NCBI GenBank assembly: GCA_039807095.1
Contig: JBDHQM010000004.1
Location: 62,425-126,424 of the forward strand
Source of the DNA: Kiritimatiellia bacterium
Lineage (GTDB): Bacteria > Verrucomicrobiota > Kiritimatiellia > CAIVKH01
Length of the DNA stretch: 64,000 nt
Reading direction: 5' to 3'
The notes beneath the pieces were generated by a model, which ran no database searches, was not told the DNA's origin, and worked only from the letters and a program-made list of their open reading frames with translations. Shown piece after piece: positions 55,395-64,000 of this stretch. Each line of letters starts with the position of its first letter. Position 1 is the first letter of the stretch. The translations under genes and the position numbers were made by a program.

Positions 55395-55496
55395 TAGATC
55401 CGCTTGTCTGCCGTATTTCGCACAGCGCTGAAGGCAAAGAAATTCTTAGACTAAAACGCTTCACCTTCGAAACTCGTCGCGCTATACTCTGCACTT

Positions 55497-58400
55497 ATGC
55501 AGAGGGGTGTACGACATGGTTTGTTCGTTCTGCTGAGCTGTCTGGTTGCGTGGGCCGCACCGGCGAAGGCACAGTCATATTTCCCATCGCCCGATGACTG
55601 GCGCGATCAAAACTTCTACTTCATCTTCACCGACCGCTTCAATGATGGCGACCCATCCAACAACAACGCCAATCCCCAATCGAGTTCAAGCCCTGCGAAC
55701 AGCCGACGCATCCACGGTGGGGACTTCAAGGGGATACAGGACAAGCTGCACTACATAAAAGCGCTCGGCGCGACTGCGCTCTGGATCACGCCGATTCCCC
55801 AAAATTACGGAAACGCCGGCTACCACGGCTACGGCGCGGACGACTTTTATACGCTTCAGCCAAACTGGGGTACGACGAACGACCTCAAAAACCTCGTCAA
55901 CGCCGCGCACGAACTCGGCATCTATGTCTGTCTCGACATCGTTCTAAACCATCAGGGCGACCGGATTGACAGCGCGAATAACGCGTGGAACACGACCTTC
56001 AACATAAACGGCTATACACCGCGTTGGCGAAGCGGCAAGGCGTATCCCGCTCCGTTCAACCTGCTCACTAACTTCCACAACAACGGGATCATTAAAAACT
56101 ACACCGACCCGGAGCAAATCCTCGGCGAGCTGAGCGGCCTCGACGATCTGCGCACGGAGACGGAATACGTCCGAACCAACCTCGTCGAAATCTACAAACA
56201 CTGGATCGCGGTCGCGGACTTCGACGGATTCCGCCTCGACACCGTCAAGCACGTGGATATCGGCGCGTGGCAACACTTCAATCCAGCGATTCGCGCGTAC
56301 GCCAACTCGATTGGCAAAACGAACTTCTTCCAGTTCGGCGAAGTATTCGATGGCGACGACAACAAGACGGGGTACTACACCGGAACGAAGGCCGGCGGCG
56401 CATTCGCAAACGATTCCGTTCTCGATTATCCACTCTACTTCCGCGTCAACAGTGTCTTTGCCGAAGTGTCGGGCAACACGAAGCAGATCGAAGACCGCTA
56501 CAACGCCATCGCGAGCAAATACGACCCTTACGCGCAGTCCCGCCTGGTCACCTTCCTCGACAATCACGACCAGTCGCGCTTCATGAATAAGGCGGCCAAC
56601 GACACAAACCGTCTCGCCCTCGCCCTCTCCTGGCTCTACACCAGCCGCGGCATCCCCTGCCTCTACTACGGCACGGAACAGAACTTCAACGGCAGTGGCG
56701 ATCCAAACAACCGCGAGGACATGTTTGCGGGCCGCTTCGAACCATCCGCACCCTCCGTCGGCGACAACTTCAACATGACGCAGGGCTCCTTCCTTCACAT
56801 CGCGCGACTGAACAACCTGCGTCGCCTCTACCCGAGTCTGCGCCGGGGCGATCACCACAACCTCTGGGCCAACTCGTCCGGCCCCGGCCTCTTCGCGTAT
56901 GCGCGGCGCCTTGGAGACGAAGAAGTGTTCATTGCCTTCAACACGGCCGCCGCAACCCAAACTCTCCCGCAGCGGCCAACCTATTATTCAGCAGGCACCG
57001 TGATGGTGAATCTCTTCAACACAAATGAAACCCTCATCGTCCTCTCCGGCAACGACGGAATGCCGTCCATGTCCATCCCCGCGCGCGGCTATAAGATATT
57101 TTTGCCGAAGACTCGCGTCTTGCCGATGGACCCGCTTGTGATTCAACAGGCGCCTGCGCACGACTCAACCAACATCGTCGCCACCACGCCCATCACGCTG
57201 ACATTCAGCGAGCCGATGGACACGAATGCCACTCAATCGGCGTTTTCCGTGACACCGTCTGCTTCGGGCTCGTTTGCATGGGCTTCCAACAACACAGTGA
57301 TGACGTTCACGCCCAGCCCCGGACTTGCGGGCAAAACATCCATTGTCGTGCGCGTGAGTACCAACGCGTTCGCCGCAGAATCCGGAAATCATCTCTTCGG
57401 CGCCTTCGAGACGCGTTTCTTCACTTCATCCGCTGTCTACACCGATGCTGTTCCGCCCACCATCCTCGTACAGGCACCCGGCAACGGCACACTCACGAAT
57501 GGCATCTTCTCCGTCACCGGCACCGCAACGGACAATGTCGCAATTGCCTCCGTCGAGATTCAAATAGACGGTGGCGACTGGTATCCCGCCACCGGCACCA
57601 CCTCCTGGACTTACACCCTCGACTCCCGGAACTTCCTCAATGGAATGCGCCACATCGCTGCGCGCGCGCGCGACTCATCGGGAAATCTCTCGCCGATCAG
57701 CTCTATTGATCTCCGCTTTTTCAATATCCCCGGCAGCTACGAAGTGCGCATCAATGCAGGCAGCGCCACCGCCGCCACAAACTGTGACAGCCTTGTTTGG
57801 CAAGCCGATCAGACATGGAGCCCCGGCTCGTTCGGCTATGTCAACGGCGACGTCGGCTTCATCGGCAACACCATTTCGAACATCTGCGCAAGTGCGCAAC
57901 AAATGTATCAGAGCGAACGCTATAGCCCGGCGGACGGCACGCTCGACTATCGCTTCGATGTCCCCGAAGGCTTCTACGAAATCACACTCCTTCAAGCTGA
58001 AACCTGGGTAGACGCCCCGGGCGAGCGCGTCTTTGATGTATACATTGAAAACGAACGCGTTCTCCCCGATTTCGACATCTTCGCAGCCGCTGGCGGCAAA
58101 AACCTCGCCATCCAGCTCGTCGTCACCAGTGTGGTCAGCGACGCACATCTCGACATCGAGTTCAAACCCTGGACCGACAACGCGCGCATTTCCGGCATCG
58201 CTGTAAAGAAAACCGGCGATATTGACACCGACGGCGACGGCATTCCTGACTGGTGGCTGCGCGGCTGGTTCGATCACCCCACCGGTCAGGACGCGGATCA
58301 ATCAAAGGCGCACCAGGATGCGGATGGCGACGGCTATAGCAACTTTGAAGAGTACATCGCCGGATCCTCACCCATTAACGACGGCAGCCTCCCGGCCATC

Positions 58401-58610
58401 AGCGCCATTACCGCGAACCAGCACCCCGCTGTTACGGCTCCCGGGATCAGTGGCCGCCTCTACGATCTTCAATGGAAAGCCGACCTCTCCACCACCGATG
58501 ATTGGATCACCGTTCGCAGCGGTCAGCCCGGCCTCGGCTCGCCCCTTCTCATCGAAGACACCAACGCTCCGCCCCACGGCGCCTATCGCCTGCGCATCCG
58601 CCTGCCCTGA
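55497..58610 (+). CDS. Secreted GH13 alpha-amylase-family enzyme with Ig-like domains, a malectin-like carbohydrate-binding domain and a C-terminal TSP3-type calcium-binding repeat region
   Basis: Signal peptide. GH13 conserved regions (GGDFKGIQDKLHYIKALGATALWITP, LDIVLNHQG, GFRLDTVKH, EVFDGD, FLDNHD). Malectin-like segment (INAGSATAATNCDSLVWQADQTW...YRFDVPEGFYEITLLQAETW...RVFDVYIE). DTDGDGIPD / DADGDGYSN repeats. Confidence 0.85.
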   Translation: MQRGVRHGLFVLLSCLVAWAAPAKAQSYFPSPDDWRDQNFYFIFTDRFNDGDPSNNNANPQSSSSPANSRRIHGGDFKGIQDKLHYIKALGATALWITPIPQNYGNAGYHGYGADDFYTLQPNWGTTNDLKNLVNAAHELGIYVCLDIVLNHQGDRIDSANNAWNTTFNINGYTPRWRSGKAYPAPFNLLTNFHNNGIIKNYTDPEQILGELSGLDDLRTETEYVRTNLVEIYKHWIAVADFDGFRLDTVKHVDIGAWQHFNPAIRAYANSIGKTNFFQFGEVFDGDDNKTGYYTGTKAGGAFANDSVLDYPLYFRVNSVFAEVSGNTKQIEDRYNAIASKYDPYAQSRLVTFLDNHDQSRFMNKAANDTNRLALALSWLYTSRGIPCLYYGTEQNFNGSGDPNNREDMFAGRFEPSAPSVGDNFNMTQGSFLHIARLNNLRRLYPSLRRGDHHNLWANSSGPGLFAYARRLGDEEVFIAFNTAAATQTLPQRPTYYSAGTVMVNLFNTNETLIVLSGNDGMPSMSIPARGYKIFLPKTRVLPMDPLVIQQAPAHDSTNIVATTPITLTFSEPMDTNATQSAFSVTPSASGSFAWASNNTVMTFTPSPGLAGKTSIVVRVSTNAFAAESGNHLFGAFETRFFTSSAVYTDAVPPTILVQAPGNGTLTNGIFSVTGTATDNVAIASVEIQIDGGDWYPATGTTSWTYTLDSRNFLNGMRHIAARARDSSGNLSPISSIDLRFFNIPGSYEVRINAGSATAATNCDSLVWQADQTWSPGSFGYVNGDVGFIGNTISNICASAQQMYQSERYSPADGTLDYRFDVPEGFYEITLLQAETWVDAPGERVFDVYIENERVLPDFDIFAAAGGKNLAIQLVVTSVVSDAHLDIEFKPWTDNARISGIAVKKTGDIDTDGDGIPDWWLRGWFDHPTGQDADQSKAHQDADGDGYSNFEEYIAGSSPINDGSLPAISAITANQHPAVTAPGISGRLYDLQWKADLSTTDDWITVRSGQPGLGSPLLIEDTNAPPHGAYRLRIRLP

Positions 58611-58911
58611 AAACCTACGAGCGACACCCACATCGCCCAGCCACCGGCGACAGCGCGTCCACAGAGTGCCCCGCCTACAGCGCTGCGCGCAATATGGCAG
58701 GCAGGCGGAGCTACAGCACACTCAACATTTTCGTTGTAGTTCCGCCACTCCGCTGGCGGAATGAGGAAGCAATCCATTTCCGGCCACGACAGAGCGCGGC
58801 CTTCCAGTGCACAGAACGGATCGGCCACCTCTGCACGGCCAAACGCGGGTGGCACGGGCACTCCGTGCACGTGCATAAAGCTGAACGTACCCACGCCCGG
58901 CGCCGACGAGA

Positions 58912-58935
58912 ATCAACCTCGTTGATCTCTTTTTA
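58912..58935 (+). terminator. Weak candidate intrinsic terminator
   Basis: atcaac-ctc-gttgat stem followed by ctcTTTTTact. The stem is short and AT-rich, and it lies ~300 nt after the amylase stop. Confidence 0.25.
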
Positions 58936-59352
58936 CTCGCCGATAATTTTGACGAGGACACGCTTGTCGCGAAGGCCGTCGAACTCGCCGTAAAATATTT
59001 GTTCCCACGGACCGAAATCCAGGCGGCCCGCCGTCACGGCAACCACAACCTCGCGCCCCATCACGGTGCGCTTCAAATGCGCATCGGCGTTGTCTTCGCC
59101 GGTATCATTATGATCGTACTGCCCGTGCGGACGTTCGGGCGCAAGCTGCTCCAGCCAGCGCTCGAAATCGGCGTGCAGCCCGCTTTCGTTGTCGTTGATG
59201 AAGACACTCGCGGTGATGTGCATCGCATTGACGAGGCACAGGCCTTCGCGAATCCCGCTCTCGCGCAAACACGATTCAATCTGCGGCGTGATGTTCACAA
59301 ATCCGCGGCGCGCGGGAACCTTGAACCACAATTCTTTTCGAAACGATTTCAT
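58933..59352 (-). CDS. yjbQ: YjbQ/UPF0047-family secondary thiamine-phosphate synthase enzyme
   Basis: Full-length match to the YjbQ family ([55 protein letters not shown]...[20 protein letters not shown]). Confidence 0.8.
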   Translation of the reverse strand: MKSFRKELWFKVPARRGFVNITPQIESCLRESGIREGLCLVNAMHITASVFINDNESGLHADFERWLEQLAPERPHGQYDHNDTGEDNADAHLKRTVMGREVVVAVTAGRLDFGPWEQIFYGEFDGLRDKRVLVKIIGE

Positions 59353-59374
59353 CCCGCGCTCCTTCTAGTCCGGC

Positions 59375-61138
59375 TCAGGCTGGTACGCCGTCGCGAAACT
59401 GCATGTCGTACAGGCGCTTGTATGCGCCGCCGGATGCGAGAAGCTCGCGATGCGTACCGCGCTCGACGACACGTCCGTTCTCCAGAACCAAAATCAGATC
59501 GGCGTGCTGAATGGTCGAAAGACGATGCGCGATGGCAAATACAGTGCGCCCGCTCATCAAGGTATCGAGCGCATCCTGCACAAGCCGCTCGCTCTCGGTA
59601 TCCAGCGCACTGGTGGCTTCGTCGAGAATCAGAATCGGCGCATTGCGAAGCAGCGCACGCGCGATGGCGAGGCGCTGACGCTGTCCGCCGGAAAGGCGTC
59701 CTCCGCGCTCGCCGATCTTTGTGTCATACCCCTCCGGCATCGCGGCGATGAACTCGTGCGCGTTGGCGCGGCGCGCGGCGTCTTCAATCTCGGCCGGACT
59801 CGCGTTGGGTGTGCCATACGCGATGTTGTTCGCCACCGTATCGTTGAAGAGAATGGTCTCCTGCGTGACGAGCCCAATCTGCTTGCGCAGCGTTTCGAGA
59901 GTGAAGTCGCGAATGTCGGTCCCGTTGATGAGAATGCGGCCCTCTGTCACGTCGTAGAAGCGCGGCAACAGACTCACAAGCGTGGTCTTGCCCGATCCCG
60001 ACCCGCCGACGAACGCAACACATGCGCCGCGCCGCGCTTCAAACGCAACATCGCGCAGCACGAGGCGCTCGTCATAGGCAAAGCTCACGCTGTCAAACGT
60101 GACGCGGGCAACAGGCTCTGTGAGGGGCCGTGCGCTGGACCGGTCTTTCACGCGGACCGGCTGGTCCAACAGTTCAAAGATGCGGTCGGCCGCGGCCGAA
60201 CTCTGCTGAATGCTCAAATGAATCTTGCTCAACTTCTTGACCGGTTCATACATCGCAACCAGCGCCGCGCCGAAGGTGAAGAACTCAGCAAAACTCATGT
60301 GCCGCCAGCGCGCATAAAGCAGAATCAGGGCGAACCCGACCATCGAGATCAGCACAATGATCGGCTCGACGGATGCGCGCGCACGGGTCACCTTCATGGC
60401 GCGCGAAAACACCGCCTGGCAGCGATTGAGAAAGCGCGCAATTTCGTGCGCCTCCATTCCAAACGCCTTCACAATCCGCGCGCCCACAGAGTTCTCCTCC
60501 AAAATATCCACAAGATCGGCCATCTTCTCCTGCCCCTCGCGCGCGGAGCGCCGCACTTTCCGGCCAAACGTCGCAACGGGCACGATGCAGATCGGGAACA
60601 GAACGAGACTGATCACCGCCAGTCGCCAATCGAGATAAATCAACGTGCCGATCATGCCGAGAAGGGTGAAGGGCTGCTTCGCCAGATCGCTCAAAACGCC
60701 AGACACGGATTGCTGCACCATCTGCGTGTCATTCGTCGTGCGCGAAATCAAATCGCCGGTCCGGCTCGTGCCATAGAAGGAAATCGAAAGTTCCTGCAGA
60801 TGCTTGAAGAGCGCGAGGCGGATATCGAGAACCACGCGATTGCCGACCCACTCGAGCAGATAGGTGCTGAAATAGTCGCCCAATCCGCGCGCGAGCCCGA
60901 ACAGCGGCAGCAGCGCGGCGACGGCAATCACGCCGGCAAGCGGAAACTCATCCGGATTGAAGACACCCGCTAGAGTTTCCTTCAGCGCCAGGAGCGCACC
61001 GGTAGTGGACCCGCCGAAAATCACGCCGAAAATCACGCCGCCGACAATACGCAGCGTGTACGGTCGGGCAAAACGGAGGAGCCGCCGATAGGTCTCCCAC
61101 TCTTTTCTCAGCTTGGGCCCACCAACAGTCTTTGTCAT
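59375..61138 (-). CDS. MsbA-like ABC exporter (6-TM domain fused to ATPase)
   Basis: N-terminal 6-TM ABC exporter domain; Walker A GGSGSGKTT, signature LSGGQRQRLAIARAL, Walker B ILILDEATSALD. Start at MTKTVGGPKL (61138), overlapping the trxB stop. Confidence 0.85.
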   Translation of the reverse strand: MTKTVGGPKLRKEWETYRRLLRFARPYTLRIVGGVIFGVIFGGSTTGALLALKETLAGVFNPDEFPLAGVIAVAALLPLFGLARGLGDYFSTYLLEWVGNRVVLDIRLALFKHLQELSISFYGTSRTGDLISRTTNDTQMVQQSVSGVLSDLAKQPFTLLGMIGTLIYLDWRLAVISLVLFPICIVPVATFGRKVRRSAREGQEKMADLVDILEENSVGARIVKAFGMEAHEIARFLNRCQAVFSRAMKVTRARASVEPIIVLISMVGFALILLYARWRHMSFAEFFTFGAALVAMYEPVKKLSKIHLSIQQSSAAADRIFELLDQPVRVKDRSSARPLTEPVARVTFDSVSFAYDERLVLRDVAFEARRGACVAFVGGSGSGKTTLVSLLPRFYDVTEGRILINGTDIRDFTLETLRKQIGLVTQETILFNDTVANNIAYGTPNASPAEIEDAARRANAHEFIAAMPEGYDTKIGERGGRLSGGQRQRLAIARALLRNAPILILDEATSALDTESERLVQDALDTLMSGRTVFAIAHRLSTIQHADLILVLENGRVVERGTHRELLASGGAYKRLYDMQFRDGVPA

Positions 61139-62061
61139 GTAGCGTCCTGCGCCTCGAGATATCGCTCGGCCTCTAGCGCCGCCATGCACCCTGTTCCCGC
61201 AGCGGTGATCGCCTGCCGATAGGTGGGGTCCTGCACGTCGCCGGCTGCAAAGACTCCGGGAATCTTCGTCTTTGTATTGTTCGTGATCAAGTAGCCGTGT
61301 TTATCCATATCCAGTTGACCGACAAACGGAGCGGTGTTCGGCTGATGCCCGATTGCAGCGAAAAACGCCTTCACTTCGAGTGTGGAAACTTCGTTCGTTT
61401 TGACGTTCCGCAGCTTCACGCCGCTGACTTCGTTCTTCGTCACATCGAGCACGTCCTCCACCACGGTGTTCCAGATGACGTTGATTTTGGGGTTCTTCAA
61501 TACGCGCTGCGCCATGATTTTGGATGCGCGAAACTCGTCGCGCCGGTGGATCAGGTGAACAGTGGACGCAAATCGCGTGAGAAAACTTGCCTCTTCCATC
61601 GCAGTGTCGCCGCCGCCGACAACGGCAACGGGGACGTTCCGGTAAAAGGCGCCATCGCAGGTGGCGCATGCGGAAACGCCGCGGCCGATCAGCTTCTGTT
61701 CATTCGGAAGGCCGATATATTTCGCCGTCGCACCGGTCGCAATGATCAGCGTCCGCGTCTCAAGCGTTTTCCCGTCGTCGAGCGTGATGCGGATCGGCTT
61801 GCCGGCCAGCTCCGCCTTCTCGACCACATTGAACTGGAATCGCGCGCCAAACCGCTCGGCCTGCGCGCGCATCCGGCTCATCAAATCGTTGCCATCCACA
61901 CCCTCGGGAAAACCGGGATAGTTTTCAACTTCGGTCGTGGTGGTGAGCTGGCCGCCGGGCTGAATGCCATCCAGCAGCAGCGGCTTCAATCCCGCGCGCG
62001 CGGAATAGATGGCTGCCGTCAGTCCCGCCGCACCCGTACCCAAAATAATCAAGTCTTCCAT
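61135..62061 (-). CDS. trxB: Thioredoxin reductase
   Basis: FAD motif ILGTGAAGLTAAIYSARAG, redox-active CATCDG, NADPH Rossmann VAVVGGGDTAMEEA. Confidence 0.9.
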   Translation of the reverse strand: MEDLIILGTGAAGLTAAIYSARAGLKPLLLDGIQPGGQLTTTTEVENYPGFPEGVDGNDLMSRMRAQAERFGARFQFNVVEKAELAGKPIRITLDDGKTLETRTLIIATGATAKYIGLPNEQKLIGRGVSACATCDGAFYRNVPVAVVGGGDTAMEEASFLTRFASTVHLIHRRDEFRASKIMAQRVLKNPKINVIWNTVVEDVLDVTKNEVSGVKLRNVKTNEVSTLEVKAFFAAIGHQPNTAPFVGQLDMDKHGYLITNNTKTKIPGVFAAGDVQDPTYRQAITAAGTGCMAALEAERYLEAQDAT

Positions 62062-62187
62062 GCGTCTCTCCGGTCAAACCATTTGTTTATCAAAAACGCG
62101 CTGAGTTGCCACACCTCAATTGACGCACTTTTGAGCGGGGTCTATTCTGGCTTCCGCGCGTTTTTCAGAAGCGCAGAGGAGTGAACG

Positions 62188-62592
62188 ATGTCGGAACCTG
62201 ATATGTTGCGGGAAATGTTTCGGATGCAAGAGCTGCTGAATAAGCGCATCGGCATTCGCGAAGCGGGGCAGATGACGGAGGAGGAGCAGCATAAGTGGGT
62301 GCTCAACTATTGCCGCGCAATGTCGCAGGAAATTGCGGAACTGACCGACAGCATTCCGTGGAAATGGTGGGCAAAATATCAGAAGTTCGATCTCCAGAAC
62401 GCCCGCGTCGAAGTGGTGGACCTTTTCCACTTTCTCATCTCTGTCGCCGAAATCCTGGGTATGTCGGCCGACGACGTGTTCAACTATTACCGCGACAAGA
62501 ACAAAGTGAACCTGCAGCGACAGGACAGCGGCTATACGACGAAGGATGAATCCGACAATCGCGAGGTCGGACGGAACAACGGCAACGGCTGA
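62188..62592 (+). CDS. All-alpha NTP pyrophosphohydrolase, dimeric dUTPase (dUTPase_2)-like
   Basis: Characteristic ...AELTDSIPWKWWAKYQK...EVVDLFHFLISVAEILG... pattern of the dimeric dUTPase/MazG-like all-alpha NTP-PPase family. Confidence 0.55.
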   Translation: MSEPDMLREMFRMQELLNKRIGIREAGQMTEEEQHKWVLNYCRAMSQEIAELTDSIPWKWWAKYQKFDLQNARVEVVDLFHFLISVAEILGMSADDVFNYYRDKNKVNLQRQDSGYTTKDESDNREVGRNNGNG

Positions 62593-62595
62593 ACG

Positions 62596-63330
62596 CTACC
62601 GGCCCGCCCGCGCAGCGCGGTAGGCGGGGATTGATTCGGAAAGTCGCTTCACCAGCTCCGCGCTCGAAAGCTGGCCCGGCGCACTTTCTGCATCCAGAAA
62701 ACCGTAGACGAGGGCCGATCCCAAACCCGCAAGGCGAAGTCGCGACGCCGCGCCGTGCGGCCCCATTCCCATCAACGCCAGCGGAACGTGTACAGGCGGG
62801 TCGCGCAGAATGGCCTCCAGTCTCTGTACAGCGCTCTCGGTCGCCGTCCAGACGGCCAGCTTCACAATGTCAGCGCCCGCCGCTGCACCGCGCTCAATCA
62901 AGGCACGCAGGCGCATATCGTCCGGCATCGAATGAAAATCGTGAAACGAGCCGACCACCAGGCGCCCCTCTTTCTTCGCGAGTGGCGCAACAGCCGAAAA
63001 TGCGTCGGATTCCAACTCGATATCCACCGCATGAACAAACGGAAGCAGTGCGGCATAGCGCTCGATTCGCGCGGCCTCGGATTCACCCCACTTCCCTCCC
63101 TCGCGGGCAGAACGAATGGTCAATAGCAACGGCGGGCACTCCGCGCCTCCGACCCGGCTCCTCAACCACGCGTCGGCTTCTGTGCCGATCAAGTCGGCAC
63201 GCACCTCAATCCAATCGCATGCCTCGCGGAACTCGCTCGCGCGCGATAGCGTCTCAAAACAACTCGCCACGCCCACCACGCGCAACGCGGCGGGCCTTGA
63301 AAGAGAATCACTCTGATGTTGAGCGGACAT
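62596..63330 (-). CDS. aroD: 3-dehydroquinate dehydratase, type I
   Basis: Aligns with E. coli AroD across its length: IEVRAD, PLLLTIRSAREGGK, SFHDFHSMP, active-site Lys in ADIVKLAVW, SAPGQLS. Confidence 0.85.
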   Translation of the reverse strand: MSAQHQSDSLSRPAALRVVGVASCFETLSRASEFREACDWIEVRADLIGTEADAWLRSRVGGAECPPLLLTIRSAREGGKWGESEAARIERYAALLPFVHAVDIELESDAFSAVAPLAKKEGRLVVGSFHDFHSMPDDMRLRALIERGAAAGADIVKLAVWTATESAVQRLEAILRDPPVHVPLALMGMGPHGAASRLRLAGLGSALVYGFLDAESAPGQLSSAELVKRLSESIPAYRAARAGR

Positions 63331-63390
63331 GCGGCCAGTCTATTGACTGACCGCTCACTTCGCAACGCTGCACGCGCGCAGCAGCTCTGA

Positions 63391-63696
63391 TCACTTCTTC
63401 TTCGTGCCCTTTCGCTGAACAGGCGATTTCTTCGTCACCGCGCGCGCGGTGCGCGGCGCGGCTTTTTGGGGGGTCGGAGCACGCGGCTCTGCACCGGACG
63501 CTCCCCGCGCGGTCGCGCGGGATGCATCGGCCTTGAGCGTGGTTTCGTAGTGGTGGATATAAAAGGCGTTGTTGTAGCCCTCACACTGTCGCTCTTTCCA
63601 TTTGAGTGACGGGTGGTGGAAAATCGCGCAAGTTGCGCCCAGATTCAGCGCGCAACCACGACACTGCCGAACCGGCTTACTGCCCAATATAGCCAT
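63391..63696 (-). CDS. Hypothetical small protein: N-terminal Cys/His-rich segment plus Ala/Pro/Lys-rich basic tail
   Basis: ORF only. CRGC...C...HH...C could be a small zinc-binding knuckle; the C-terminal tail (RAPTPQKAAPRTARAVTKKSPVQRKGTKKK) is histone-H1-like. No family recognised. Confidence 0.3.
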   Translation of the reverse strand: MAILGSKPVRQCRGCALNLGATCAIFHHPSLKWKERQCEGYNNAFYIHHYETTLKADASRATARGASGAEPRAPTPQKAAPRTARAVTKKSPVQRKGTKKK

Positions 63697-63829
63697 TGAT
63701 ACGCCCCTTTTACGCTAAAGCACAGACTACCAAGTATAACTCTCGATTCCAAGCAGGATTGCGGTAGAGCGCAAGATTGCATCGCACATGCGCAATTTCC
63801 TAGAATGGCCGCCATTCGCATCGAGCCCA

Positions 63830-64000
63830 ATGAAGAGACCCTCCGCAGACACAACCGAGATCGCACCGCACGACATGCAGAACATTCGCGTTCTCGTACT
63901 CGATGACGAAGAGCCTGTACGCAGGCTGGTCGAACTCCTGCTCACCCGGCACGGATGCATCGTCGAAACGGCCGACGACGGCCGCGAAGGGCTCCGCCTT
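63830..64000 (+). CDS. Response-regulator receiver domain protein (partial, runs off the 3' edge)
   Basis: ...MQNIRVLVLDDEEPVRRLVELLLTRHGCIVETADDGREGL is a CheY-like receiver N-terminus (acidic pocket DDEE). Reading frame open to the window end. Confidence 0.55.
   Translation, partial: MKRPSADTTEIAPHDMQNIRVLVLDDEEPVRRLVELLLTRHGCIVETADDGREGLRL

Noticed and set aside
54907-55494. ORFs 54907..55338(+) and 55006..55494(-), and possible CRISPR/MITE interpretation of the 135-bp repeats
   Set aside because: The ORFs are repeat artefacts with internally repeated peptide blocks. The units lack variable spacers (not CRISPR) and lack terminal inverted repeats (not a clear MITE). Left as an unclassified tandem repeat.
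59450-62184. Plus-strand ORFs 59450..60973 (507 aa) and 61297..62184 (295 aa)
   Set aside because: Antisense to the MsbA-like exporter and trxB, both with textbook motifs.

Overview
This is a high-GC (~65%) chromosomal segment from a diderm bacterium; no rRNA, tRNA, CRISPR array or transposase/integrase gene is evident. Almost all of it is coding, and most long ORFs antisense to the genes below are GC-driven artefacts.

Gene order across the window:
- A partial secreted beta-helix protein that runs off the 5' edge (1..890, minus).
- glnS (plus).
- A periplasmic thioredoxin lipoprotein (minus).
- A 2-oxoacid dehydrogenase E1alpha/E1beta/E2 operon (minus).
- metG (minus).
- A CPA2 cation/proton antiporter (minus).
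- ssb plus a KTSC-domain gene (minus).
- A sigma-54 enhancer-binding protein directly downstream of a coherent minus-strand cluster for the lower half of reductive pyrimidine catabolism: NCS1 nucleobase permease, AGXT2-like beta-alanine:pyruvate aminotransferase, alanine dehydrogenase, PreT/PreA dihydropyrimidine dehydrogenase, and MmsA.
- A methyltransferase, an M29-aminopeptidase-like protein, a MATE exporter and gnd (minus).
- A plus-strand block: PEBP/YbhB protein, a GH31 glycosidase, an unusual sugar ABC importer (solute-binding protein fused to a MalF-like permease, plus a MalG-like permease with a ~300-aa periplasmic insert), and a TolC-MacA-MacB efflux system.
- A GH13 amylase with malectin and TSP3 modules (plus).
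- yjbQ, an MsbA-like ABC exporter, trxB, a dimeric-dUTPase-like protein, aroD, a small Cys/basic protein, and a partial response regulator at the 3' edge.

The most unusual region is 40.6-54.7 kb, all on the minus strand. In transcription order it reads:
- a TAT-signal small protein;
- a 743-aa TPR protein, translationally coupled (ATGA overlap) to
- a 961-aa Sec-secreted alpha/beta-hydrolase with a lipase-type GHSLG motif;
- an array of seven secreted paralogs in two related families (A x5, B x2). Each has a signal peptide, a carboxypeptidase-regulatory-like beta-sandwich, and a C-terminal domain carrying a shared NPxxDRN[VL]E motif.

Three of the array genes are each immediately preceded by a short relic ORF homologous to the last 40-100 residues of the hydrolase. 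This repeats the native junction between the hydrolase 3' end and the gene that follows it. The pattern resembles orphan CT/immunity cassettes of polymorphic toxin (Tle/Tli-like) loci and is, as far as I can tell, an undescribed arrangement.

Other findings:
- A ~55-bp REP-like element present twice, each copy a tandem pair of ACTTCCAA-N3-TTGGAA palindromes.
- A perfect 3x30-bp tandem repeat plus two GC hairpins in the leader of the pyrimidine operon.
- Three tandem ~135-bp structured repeats in a divergent intergenic region.
- Several intrinsic-terminator candidates.
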